From positions 43,282 to 107,281 of the IMG/VR virus record IMGVR_UViG_3300010413_000020: 64,000 bases of DNA; one strand, 5' to 3'. A model generated the notes under the pieces. It saw only the letters and a list, made by a program, of their open reading frames with translations. It did no database searches and was not told the origin of the DNA. Of this stretch, positions 26,597-35,770 are shown one piece after another; the stretch's first letter is position 1; every line of letters starts with the position of its first letter. The DNA comes from a virus. Both the position numbers and the translations under genes were made by a program.

Positions 26597-28354
26597 ATGA
26601 CCTTTGAGCCTAGTTGTGGCGTAATGAGTCCTTTCGGGGGAGGCAAAAATGCCCAGTCTCACCCTAACCCATATTACAATTTTTCGCAGGTCTTTACTCC
26701 TCGTAGGTTAAAAGACTTGTTTAAGTGGTGTGAATTTATTTTTTATAATAGTCCACATATTTTTGCAGCTCTTCGTAAATTTGGAGAATACCCGATCACG
26801 GATATTACTTATGAAACTACGAATGAAGCATTGAAGGATAAGCACGAATATCTTTTAGAAAAAGTTGTTCGAGCAAGAGAGTTGTTGATCAAGGCCACCC
26901 TGGACAAATACGTTTATGGGAATGCCTTTATATCTATGTACCAACCCTTCATTCGCTTTTTGAAGTGTCCTAAATGCAGCACACTTGTTAATATTAGAAA
27001 TGTTTCCTACAAATTCAGTTTGCATAAATTGAAATTCAGTTATACGTGCCCCCACTGTAAAGCGGCCAACTCTATCGGTAAAGACCATATTATTGATAAA
27101 AAATTGATGTTAAGTCGTAAAGTCAATTTCATACGGTGGGACCCCAAGCTTATAGACATTGACCACAATCCAATGACGGGGGATTCAGAATACTACTACA
27201 CAATTCCGCAAGAGATAGTACAACGAGTAACTGGAGGACATAAAACTCTGATTGACACCCTTCCGATGGGTTTCTTAGAAGCTATAAAATCTAATAAGAA
27301 ATTTAAGTTTAATCGAGATGCTATTCTCCATATGAAAGTAGGAGGTCCTGCGGGTATTAGCCCTCAATGGGGTTTGCCGCCTCTTCTTTCTGTGATTAAC
27401 TCATTTCATTATACTGCAATACTTCGTAAAGCTAATGAAGCGATAGCTCTCGATCATCTTGTCCCATTCCGAATAATTCATCCAGCACAGGCGTCTGGAA
27501 CGGGCGATCCTTTAATGCAAATGAATTTAGTCAAGTGGCGCGACAGTTTGAAAATTAATATGAAACAGTGGCGCATGGACCCGCTACATATGATGATATC
27601 GCCTGTGCCTCTGGGGCTAACTCAAGTAGGAGGACAGGGACGTGCACTTTTAACACTGGGTGAAATACAGGAAGCAGAAAAGAATATTGTGGCAGCCTTG
27701 GGTATTCCGATTGAGTTTCTCTATGGAGGACTTACCGGCAAAGGTATGGAAGCTACGCTCCGTTTAATTGAAAATCAGTTAGAAACCCACATTAATGATT
27801 TGCTCGACTTACTTCAATGGGTAGATGATCGCTGCGCTGCTTTTTTGGGATGGGACAAGATAGAAGTTGGAATGACGAAATTTCGAATGATTGATGACGA
27901 CACTAATAAACAGATAATTTTCAATCTTTGGATGCAAGGCAAGACCGGACAATCTCTACCGGTAATTTCAGATGATACGATAATGACTATGTATGATATT
28001 GACCGTGAAAAAGAAGAGCGGAAGCTTAAACAACAACAACTTGATAGTATCCGTATGCAGATGGAGATGGAACAAGATACTGCTAAATTGCAAAATAGTC
28101 TTAAAAAACAAATTGAGATGGAAATGCAACAACAAGGTATGGGTGGTCCTGGCCCGATGGGATATAATCAACAACAAATCTTGGCAGAGGCAGACCGCAT
28201 CGTTCAAGAACAGTTGATGTCTGTAGATGAGGGAACTCGTAAGAGTATGTTGCATCAATTACAAATGGAAGACGCCGTGATGTACGCGGTAGTTGTCCAG
28301 CGCCTTGAGCAGGTGCAAACCGTTAATAAGCAACAGGCAACAGCCGGAATGTAA
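26597..28354 (+). CDS. Probable portal protein
   Basis: 585 aa heading the late region; YVYGNAFI, ILHMK..WGLPPL and AALGIPIEFL motifs resemble portals; CPKC/CPHC insertion; Gln-rich coiled C-terminus. Confidence 0.6.
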   Translation: MTFEPSCGVMSPFGGGKNAQSHPNPYYNFSQVFTPRRLKDLFKWCEFIFYNSPHIFAALRKFGEYPITDITYETTNEALKDKHEYLLEKVVRARELLIKATLDKYVYGNAFISMYQPFIRFLKCPKCSTLVNIRNVSYKFSLHKLKFSYTCPHCKAANSIGKDHIIDKKLMLSRKVNFIRWDPKLIDIDHNPMTGDSEYYYTIPQEIVQRVTGGHKTLIDTLPMGFLEAIKSNKKFKFNRDAILHMKVGGPAGISPQWGLPPLLSVINSFHYTAILRKANEAIALDHLVPFRIIHPAQASGTGDPLMQMNLVKWRDSLKINMKQWRMDPLHMMISPVPLGLTQVGGQGRALLTLGEIQEAEKNIVAALGIPIEFLYGGLTGKGMEATLRLIENQLETHINDLLDLLQWVDDRCAAFLGWDKIEVGMTKFRMIDDDTNKQIIFNLWMQGKTGQSLPVISDDTIMTMYDIDREKEERKLKQQQLDSIRMQMEMEQDTAKLQNSLKKQIEMEMQQQGMGGPGPMGYNQQQILAEADRIVQEQLMSVDEGTRKSMLHQLQMEDAVMYAVVVQRLEQVQTVNKQQATAGM

Positions 28355-28359
28355 AACCC

Positions 28360-28980
28360 ATGGCCGACAGTAATAGAGGAAACCTATCCGGATTCGATTT
28401 TCTCCAAATGATGGAAGATTCTCGGAGACTACCGGAAACCCCTACAGGCGGACCTAGTAAAGCAGTGGAATTACCTGCTGCATCGGAACAACCCAGTGAT
28501 GGTGTTAACCCATTTTTGGAACATGAAGTACCAACCGACAAAGTTTCGGTGCCTACCCATTTCCTTTCATTTTCTAGAGTGTTTGTGCTCTGGAAAAATT
28601 GGGAAGACTGTGCAAAATGTATCGAAGAAGTTACTACTGAACGTAATACTTTTGAGGCACGAAAAGCAGAGGCTGAGCGCAAAGGTGAAAAGTTCGAGGA
28701 AGAGTTGGACAACCGAGAGCGTGAATGCCCACACAATCATCGGAAAGAATATAAAGAAACAATTGACCGTTGTCTACGCGGTGACGGTGTTATTGTTCTT
28801 AGAGAAGCGTTTAATCTCAAGAACGGAACACGTTGTATGCACCTAGAATGGCTCGAAGCCGATCCTGAATTTGTTAAACAACAAAAAAAGATAGAAGAAG
28901 AACGTAGAGCCAACCAAGTTTATCCTCCAGACGTAGAAGCTGCTTTTAATAAAGGGAAAAAGAAGGCAACCCCTGAATAG
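28360..28980 (+). CDS. Hypothetical protein
   Basis: 206-aa ORF following the portal. Confidence 0.7.
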   Translation: MADSNRGNLSGFDFLQMMEDSRRLPETPTGGPSKAVELPAASEQPSDGVNPFLEHEVPTDKVSVPTHFLSFSRVFVLWKNWEDCAKCIEEVTTERNTFEARKAEAERKGEKFEEELDNRERECPHNHRKEYKETIDRCLRGDGVIVLREAFNLKNGTRCMHLEWLEADPEFVKQQKKIEEERRANQVYPPDVEAAFNKGKKKATPE

Positions 28981-28994
28981 AGAGGGTCACCTTC
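28958..28994 (-). terminator. Putative intrinsic terminator for the small minus-strand unit
   Basis: Minus strand GAAGGTGACCCTCT-ctattc-AGGGGTTGCCTTC followed by TTTTT. Confidence 0.55.
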
Positions 28995-29003
28995 AGTGTT
29001 CTG

Positions 29004-29039
29004 TTATATGAACACTAATTCGATGTAGATAATTGACAT
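29004..29039 (-). CDS. Putative 11-aa hydrophobic peptide MSIIYIELVFI
   Basis: Strong AAGGAGG RBS, upstream GGTATAAGA motif, downstream terminator. Confidence 0.35.
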   Translation of the reverse strand: MSIIYIELVFI

Positions 29040-29070
29040 CGTGACCCTCCTTTTCAGATGAGTTTTTTGC

Positions 29071-29086
29071 TTCATTATCTTATACC
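29071..29086 (-). promoter_or_regulatory. Promoter-like motif GGTATAAGATAATGAA
   Basis: Near-identical to GGTATAAGAAGATGAA at 63108-63093. Confidence 0.55.
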
Positions 29087-29154
29087 AATGATATATTTAG
29101 ATATATGAGCGCTGTGCTCTATACTTTTGTAGTATCTTTTTTGGAGGAATCGAC

Positions 29155-32100
29155 ATGGCGGAAGAATTAACGCCGGTATTGGTTAGCGCAGAAACTCGAC
29201 GGGATGATATACGAAACAAGGTATTATCCGGACTTCAAGAAGCTTTTCCGATTAAATCGCGAAGTAAAACTTTAGAATTAGCCGATCTCAAAATGGATAG
29301 TAAAGAATTTTCTCCGACAGAGCAAAAAATGGCTATTCTCCGAGGTGATACTCTTTCCGAGAGTGTAAGGGGTACTGTGCGGATGCGGGACAAGGACGGA
29401 AAATTAGTCGATGAAGTTAAAAATTTTACAGTTGCCCGAGTACCTTGGTTTACTCCTAGACATACTCTCATAGTAGGAGGTAACGAATATTCTGTATCGA
29501 ATCAGATACGCCCTAAACCGGGGGTGTATGCTCGCAAACGAGCCAACGGAATTTTAGAGGCTAGTTTTAATACTCGAGGAGGTAGCAACTTTAATGTGAG
29601 TATGGACCCGGCCCAAGGAGTGCCGCGGTTGGAATATGGTTCTACTAAAATTCCTCTCTACCCAATACTTCGACAAGCCGGTATACCCCATTCCCGAATA
29701 GCTGAAAAATGGGGACCACGATTAGCAGATAAGAATGCAGAACAATTAACTAAGCTCACAGACAAATCCGTTCAGACGCTCTATAAAAAAGTAGTTCCGG
29801 AGTATCAACAAAGTGGAGGAGCTTCAACTTCTCAGAAAACAAAAGAGATTTTTGAAAAATACTTACGATCTCATATGGACCCAGAAGTAAATCAACGAAC
29901 TCTTGGTAAACCTTATGCCAGTGTAACTCCAGACAGTCTACTTGATGCCTCACATAAAGTGCTAAAGATTTTCAAGAATCCTACAGATGTAGATGATAGA
30001 GATAATTTAGATTTTAAAGCGCTACATTCAATCGATGATTTTTTTAAAGAAGTGATAACTCTAAATGCTCGGGATGTAGCACGTAAGACTGCTATTAAAA
30101 TGGAGGTTTCACCGTCGTTACGAAAGGCACTTCCTTCGGGTCCTTTTACTCCGGGTCTCATTCGTTTTATAAATAGTTCACAACTTGTTGCTGTTCCAAC
30201 TCAGACTAATCCTATTGAATTAGTAGATTCAGCTATGCGCGTAACTGCTCTGGGGGAAGGAGGTATTTCATCTGATCGTGCAATTCCGATGGAAGCTAGA
30301 CAGGTTCATCCTACACAAATAGGGGCACTAGATCCCTTTCGTACTCCCGAGTCTTTTAGAGCAGGTATTGATGTTAGGGCTGCGATGGCCGTTAGACGCG
30401 ATAAGCAGGGCAATATTTTTGTTCCAGTTTATGATGCTAAAGCTAAACGTAAACGTTACGTGCGTGCTGGAGAAATGCAAACAGAAGTTGTGGCTTTTCC
30501 TAATCAGCCATTACGTGGGCAAGTGGATGCATTAGTTGGTGGTGAGTTGCGAAAAGTTCCTGCCAAGCAAGTGCGTTATCAGATACCACACCCTTCATTA
30601 ATGTATGGCCCAACTACTAACTTAGTTCCTTTTATGGAATCGCAACAGGGTAATCGTACAGTTATGGGTTCCAAAATGCAGGTACAGGCCCTACCTTTAA
30701 TTTATCGGGAAGCACCGTTAATACAAGTACAGAGTCCTCGCAAAGAATCTTTTGAACAGTTAATGGCTAGTATTGTTAATCCGACTACTCCTGTTGCTGG
30801 TACTGTAGCAAAAGTAGATGATGATTTTGTTTACATTCGACCTGATGAAGAAAAAACAAGTGCTCGAGGTGGTACTTTAATTAAAGTTCCTTACGAACAA
30901 AATTTTCCTCTGGCGGCTAAGACACACTTACATCACGAAGTTACTGTTAAAGAGGGTGACCGAGTTCGTTCAGGACAACAGGTAGCCCAATCTAATTTCA
31001 CGAAAGATGGAACCTTAGCCTTGGGTAAAAATCTTAGTGTCGCTTATATGCCTTATTACGGGGCTAATTCTAATGACGCCGTAGTTATTAGTGATGCTGC
31101 ATCTAAGAAACTGACTTCGGAACGAATGTATAAGATGGTTGTTCCGCGGGATAATGATTTGATATTTAACCGAACCAAACACAAGGTTTATTATGGGCAA
31201 AACTACGACAAGAAATTTTATGACACGTTAGACTCCGATGGAGTGATTCGTCCAGGAACTAAGCTAGAACCCGGTGATCCGCTTTTTTTAGGATTACGTA
31301 AATCTCAACTTACTTCCGATGATTTGCTTCTCGGACGTTTACATAAATCCCTAGCACGACCTTTTAGAGAAAATTCACACACATGGGATCATGACTATCC
31401 AGGGGAAGTAGTTGATGTTGTTAAGACACCCAAACGTATTGCCTTTACTGTTCGAACGCAGGAACCGATGGGTGTAGGGGATAAGCTAGCAGGACGTTAT
31501 GGAAATAAAGGTGTTGTTTCCATGGTGATTCCCGATGACCAAATGGTTCAGGACGAAGCCGGAAAACCTATAGATGTTATTATGACATCTGCCGGGGTAG
31601 TTTCTCGTGCAAATCCTGCACAAATTATCGAAACAGCAGTTGGCAAGGTTGCTGAAAAAACCGGAAAACCTATTTTAGTTGAAAGTCTTTCTGGTCGAAA
31701 TAATGTACAGTGGGCTAAAGACCTTCTGAAAAAACATAATTTAAAAGACAAAGAAACTGTTTTTGATCCAGTTGCAGGAAAGAAAATTCCTAATGTTTTT
31801 GTAGGACGACAATACATTCTGAAATTGATGAAATCCACAGATACTAATTACAGTGCTAGAGGACTTGGTAATTACGATGTAAATCAACAACCAACTAAAG
31901 GAGGAGTACACAGTGCTAAGGCTCTGGGTAAGATGGAGTTCGATGCTCTTATAGGGCACAATGCTCGGAATATTCTTAGAGAAGCGGCGACTTTAAAAAG
32001 CCAAAAAAATGATGAGTGGTGGAGAGCGCTTCAGTTAGGTTATCCTACTCCTCCTCCTAAAGCTTCTTTTGCCTATGATAAATTTTTGAACATGTTAACT

Positions 32101-33510
32101 GGAGCAGGAGTTAGGGTTCATCGAGAGAGTAACCGCCTTTCGTTAGCCCCGCTTACTGATAAAGACGTTGTTTCTATGTCTGCGGGAGAAATCGAAGAAC
32201 CTAAATTAATTAGAGCTAAAGATCTAAAGCCTGAAAGAGGGGGACTTTTCGATGTTGCCAAAACGGGAGGAATGACAGGAAAAAAATGGAGCCATGTAGA
32301 CCTTGCGGAACCTATCGTTAATCCGGTATTTCGTGAACCCGTTCGGCGCTTTTTGGGAATGACCAATCCGCAGCTAGACGAAACTTTAAAAACTAAAGGG
32401 GGAGTGTTTGTTAAACGTGAATTGTCCAAAATTGATTTGGATGCAAAAGAAAAAGCAATTCTTAAAGGTCTTCAAAAGAAAACAGGAGATAATCTCCAGG
32501 GAGATGTTAAACAAATAAAGTATATACGAGCGCTTAAAGCCCAAGGGCTTACGCCCGATAAAGCCTATATCGTTTCTAAAGTTCCAGTGTTACCTCCTGT
32601 TTTTCGTCCTATTCTCCCCGGTAAAGGAGGTCAGGAAATCATCTACGGAGATATTAATCCACTTTACCGGGATCTAATTTACGTGAATAACCAATTCAAA
32701 GAAGTAAAGAAAACAAAATTATTACCTGGCGAAGAAGAAAATTTGCGCCCAACACTCAACCAAGCTGTGGGAGCTGTTTATGGGGTTAATGATCCGGTAA
32801 CGGCTAAATCAAAAGCTCGAAGTCACAAAGGCTTTCTAACGTATATTTCTGGAACAAACTCTCCTAAAACAGGGTATTTTCACCAAAAGCTTATGCGGCG
32901 TACCCAAGACATGGCGGGCCGAGGAACTATCGTTCCGGATAGCACTTTAGGAATGGACGAAGTGGGTGTGCCTGAAGATATGCTCTGGACTATGTATGAA
33001 AAAACTCTCATCAGTAATTTAGTCCGGAATGGCTATTCGGCTCTGCAAGCCAACAAAATGGTGAAGGACCGGCATCCTGCTGCACAAATCCAGTTACAGA
33101 AAGAAGTTCAATCTCGTCCAGTAATTATCAATCGAGCTCCTACACTTCATAGATATAGTATGGTGGCCGCATATCCTAAGCCGGTGCCCGGTAAAACAAT
33201 CCGGGTTAACCCTTTTGTAGAAGAGGGTATGAACGCAGACTACGATGGAGACACCATGATGTTGCATGTGCCAGTAGGGTCAAGTGCGATTGAAGAAGCT
33301 CGAGGTATGACTCTTTCTAACCTTTTGTACAGTGATAAATCTAAACAAGATCTCTTGGTCTTTCCTCAACACGAGGCCATAATGGGAATTGCTCACGCTT
33401 CTTCTTTGGATGAGAAGAATAAACCAGTAAAATTTAAGAACTCGGGAGATGCAATGAAAGCATATCGTGAGGGTAAAATTAGTTTAGGAACACGAGTCCA
33501 AATTGGATAA
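29155..33510 (+). CDS. Multisubunit RNA polymerase: beta fused to the N-terminal, catalytic half of beta'
   Basis: Beta motifs RTPES, GSKMQVQA, GDKLAGRYGNKGVVS, GKMEFDAL. Beta' motifs GGLFD, SHVDLAEPIVNP, VPVLPPVFRP, NRAPTLHR, catalytic NADYDGD. Confidence 0.92.
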   Translation: MAEELTPVLVSAETRRDDIRNKVLSGLQEAFPIKSRSKTLELADLKMDSKEFSPTEQKMAILRGDTLSESVRGTVRMRDKDGKLVDEVKNFTVARVPWFTPRHTLIVGGNEYSVSNQIRPKPGVYARKRANGILEASFNTRGGSNFNVSMDPAQGVPRLEYGSTKIPLYPILRQAGIPHSRIAEKWGPRLADKNAEQLTKLTDKSVQTLYKKVVPEYQQSGGASTSQKTKEIFEKYLRSHMDPEVNQRTLGKPYASVTPDSLLDASHKVLKIFKNPTDVDDRDNLDFKALHSIDDFFKEVITLNARDVARKTAIKMEVSPSLRKALPSGPFTPGLIRFINSSQLVAVPTQTNPIELVDSAMRVTALGEGGISSDRAIPMEARQVHPTQIGALDPFRTPESFRAGIDVRAAMAVRRDKQGNIFVPVYDAKAKRKRYVRAGEMQTEVVAFPNQPLRGQVDALVGGELRKVPAKQVRYQIPHPSLMYGPTTNLVPFMESQQGNRTVMGSKMQVQALPLIYREAPLIQVQSPRKESFEQLMASIVNPTTPVAGTVAKVDDDFVYIRPDEEKTSARGGTLIKVPYEQNFPLAAKTHLHHEVTVKEGDRVRSGQQVAQSNFTKDGTLALGKNLSVAYMPYYGANSNDAVVISDAASKKLTSERMYKMVVPRDNDLIFNRTKHKVYYGQNYDKKFYDTLDSDGVIRPGTKLEPGDPLFLGLRKSQLTSDDLLLGRLHKSLARPFRENSHTWDHDYPGEVVDVVKTPKRIAFTVRTQEPMGVGDKLAGRYGNKGVVSMVIPDDQMVQDEAGKPIDVIMTSAGVVSRANPAQIIETAVGKVAEKTGKPILVESLSGRNNVQWAKDLLKKHNLKDKETVFDPVAGKKIPNVFVGRQYILKLMKSTDTNYSARGLGNYDVNQQPTKGGVHSAKALGKMEFDALIGHNARNILREAATLKSQKNDEWWRALQLGYPTPPPKASFAYDKFLNMLTGAGVRVHRESNRLSLAPLTDKDVVSMSAGEIEEPKLIRAKDLKPERGGLFDVAKTGGMTGKKWSHVDLAEPIVNPVFREPVRRFLGMTNPQLDETLKTKGGVFVKRELSKIDLDAKEKAILKGLQKKTGDNLQGDVKQIKYIRALKAQGLTPDKAYIVSKVPVLPPVFRPILPGKGGQEIIYGDINPLYRDLIYVNNQFKEVKKTKLLPGEEENLRPTLNQAVGAVYGVNDPVTAKSKARSHKGFLTYISGTNSPKTGYFHQKLMRRTQDMAGRGTIVPDSTLGMDEVGVPEDMLWTMYEKTLISNLVRNGYSALQANKMVKDRHPAAQIQLQKEVQSRPVIINRAPTLHRYSMVAAYPKPVPGKTIRVNPFVEEGMNADYDGDTMMLHVPVGSSAIEEARGMTLSNLLYSDKSKQDLLVFPQHEAIMGIAHASSLDEKNKPVKFKNSGDAMKAYREGKISLGTRVQIG

Positions 33511-33516
33511 TCGATT

Positions 33517-33864
33517 ATGAAAAAGACTGCACAAGAAATAGCAAGCGATGTTGTAAACAATCTAGAGAACACGTCACCGTTAGATGCTGCAACCAAAGAA
33601 CATAAACGCCAATATTTTGCTAAAATGGACCCGCACACTTATGCCGGACTGAGTTTAGGTGGCGCTTTGGGGATACTTCCACTCCTTTCTCAAAATGTCC
33701 GAAATACAGGAATATTGGCAGGAATATATCCTTTGGTTGGGGGTGGGTTAGGTGCATTGAGCGGTCGAGTTGTAGGGCGGCATTTGGTTGGTCCATATCA
33801 AAAACCTACACTAGAAGAACTACAGCAAATTATGTTGGCAAAAGAAAGAGAAAAAAATGATTAA
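33517..33864 (+). CDS. Small Gly-rich hydrophobic protein, probable virion component
   Basis: N-terminal KKTAQ; two glycine-zipper-like hydrophobic segments. Confidence 0.6.
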   Translation: MKKTAQEIASDVVNNLENTSPLDAATKEHKRQYFAKMDPHTYAGLSLGGALGILPLLSQNVRNTGILAGIYPLVGGGLGALSGRVVGRHLVGPYQKPTLEELQQIMLAKEREKND

Positions 33865-34216
33865 AACAGCAGCCCAGCCAGCATATCAACGATGGCAACA
33901 AAAATGTGCGATGGACGTTGACGAAGAAAGAGAACATATTCGAAATTTATTAACCGGAGGTCTTGCTGGCGCAGTAGACCCCTTAGTTGCCGGTATTGCC
34001 GCTTCAGCTTCTAAACCTACGGGTGATCCAACTCAACAATTTTGGGGAACACTTGGAGGGTCACTTGGAGGTAAGATAGTAGGTGGCGGAATTGGACGTT
34101 TAGCTGGAAAACCAGGAACGATTCTTGGACTTCTTTTGGGAGGAGGTGGAGGCGGTTATGCCGCACAGCGGTTAATGGCACATCACCGAAAAGAAATGGA
34201 ACCTGAAGAAGATTAA
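33857..34216 (+). CDS. Small Gly-rich hydrophobic protein, probable virion component
   Basis: N-terminal IKTAA; GxxxG-rich segments. Confidence 0.6.
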   Translation: MIKTAAQPAYQRWQQKCAMDVDEEREHIRNLLTGGLAGAVDPLVAGIAASASKPTGDPTQQFWGTLGGSLGGKIVGGGIGRLAGKPGTILGLLLGGGGGGYAAQRLMAHHRKEMEPEED

Positions 34217-34231
34217 GGTTTGTCTTAACGT

Positions 34232-35770
34232 ATGCCATATTCATCTCCAGCACAACGCGCTGCTATTTGGGCCAATCGCAAACGTCAAGAGGTTCAACCA
34301 TCTCGACATGACATAGCTGAATATTATACCGACCCTCAAGTACGACAAGAAATACTTTCGCAACTTCGAAATCGTCCCGTAATGGCAATACAGTCTCTTC
34401 CGTCTGGTCAAAAAATAGTTCGAAGAAATCTTTCAACAGGTGACCCCATACAAATAACTAAAGCGGATTTCAGCGGGGGCGAATCCGATTTAGGCTGGTA
34501 TACTGATAGGCGTTTTGCGGAATTCCACCCAGTTATAGGTACTCGAACGGATAAAGTTTGGGTAGATATTGATCCTGGGCCTAATCGAAGTACTGAAAGT
34601 TTAAAACCATTAGTACGAAAAGTTGTAGACTCCGTTAATCAAATGTCTAATGTACAGGATGTACAGCTTGCTTATTCTGGAGGACGCGGATTTCACGTCC
34701 GAGGTATACTCAAAAAACCAGAAGATACTGATTCTATGCGAGTACGTTTGACTGAGCAGCTCAAAAGAGATTTTCCCGAGGAGGATGTTGTCTTTCAAAA
34801 GCCAAAGGGAAAACAAGTGCGTTTAGATACGTCTACGCTGAAACGTATGGGATCTATCCGGGCACTTCGGTCCATTAACGTAGATACTGGACGCGTGGCG
34901 CTACCTCTTTCATTACAAGAGTTGGATTCATTTAATCCTTCTGATGCTGCTTTAAAGACAATTTTAAAATCTCGGGAGATAGCTCCAGGAATTCCTCAAT
35001 CTCAACGAATTCACGCACTTCCCGATAAACCCAAGAAGCCGCAATGGACGCTAGCAATCCAAGAACACGATGCTAAACGTGCAGGTAAACACTGGGATTT
35101 GCGTTTAGTGGACCCACATACTGGATTTGCACATTCTTGGGCAGTACCAAAAGCACAGTTTCCTACCGCTAAACCATTGTTGGCTATTCAAACTCCCACA
35201 CATACTTCTGACTATGCGTTGAATTTTGGAGGGAAAGGGCCACAGGAAATTGGTGAAGGTTATGGCAAAGGAACTGTAGAGATTAAATATAAAGAACCAG
35301 TAAAGGTGGTTTCTTCTAGTCCTGACAAGATAAAATTCCAGCGTATAATTAATGGGGATGCGCAAGAGTATATGCTCTTCAGAACAAAAGATAATTCATG
35401 GCTTATTAGGAATATAAAGGGACAGGAAAAGAAAGGTGCGGCTATACCCATGAACCATATTTTTAAATTTGGATATTTTGATACATTAGTCAAATTGGGG
35501 ATAGCTAAGGGTAAAATGCCGGAACCTTCTATTAGTGAAATGCAACAACCTCTTGATAATACTGACATGAATACTCCTGTAGGAATGTTAGCGGACCTTA
35601 TGCAGCAATTGCCGGATGATAATTTCGATTCACGTTCACGAAAACCACAACACCAGAGTGCCGAAGATAGGCTTAATAGGGACGTTTCATGGAGCAGTCC
35701 AACGGATATACCATATAGCCAAATGGATGGTCCCACTCCCTGGGTTACATTACCCGGAGGCACACCCTGA
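34232..35770 (+). CDS. LigD-like primase-polymerase domain fused to a LigD-like 3'-phosphoesterase domain (no ligase domain)
   Basis: AEP/PolDom: EFHP, VDIDPG, YSGGRGFHV, SIR. PE: IQEHDAKRAGKHWDLRL, SWAVPK, LAIQTPTH, YGKGTV. Confidence 0.82.
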   Translation: MPYSSPAQRAAIWANRKRQEVQPSRHDIAEYYTDPQVRQEILSQLRNRPVMAIQSLPSGQKIVRRNLSTGDPIQITKADFSGGESDLGWYTDRRFAEFHPVIGTRTDKVWVDIDPGPNRSTESLKPLVRKVVDSVNQMSNVQDVQLAYSGGRGFHVRGILKKPEDTDSMRVRLTEQLKRDFPEEDVVFQKPKGKQVRLDTSTLKRMGSIRALRSINVDTGRVALPLSLQELDSFNPSDAALKTILKSREIAPGIPQSQRIHALPDKPKKPQWTLAIQEHDAKRAGKHWDLRLVDPHTGFAHSWAVPKAQFPTAKPLLAIQTPTHTSDYALNFGGKGPQEIGEGYGKGTVEIKYKEPVKVVSSSPDKIKFQRIINGDAQEYMLFRTKDNSWLIRNIKGQEKKGAAIPMNHIFKFGYFDTLVKLGIAKGKMPEPSISEMQQPLDNTDMNTPVGMLADLMQQLPDDNFDSRSRKPQHQSAEDRLNRDVSWSSPTDIPYSQMDGPTPWVTLPGGTP

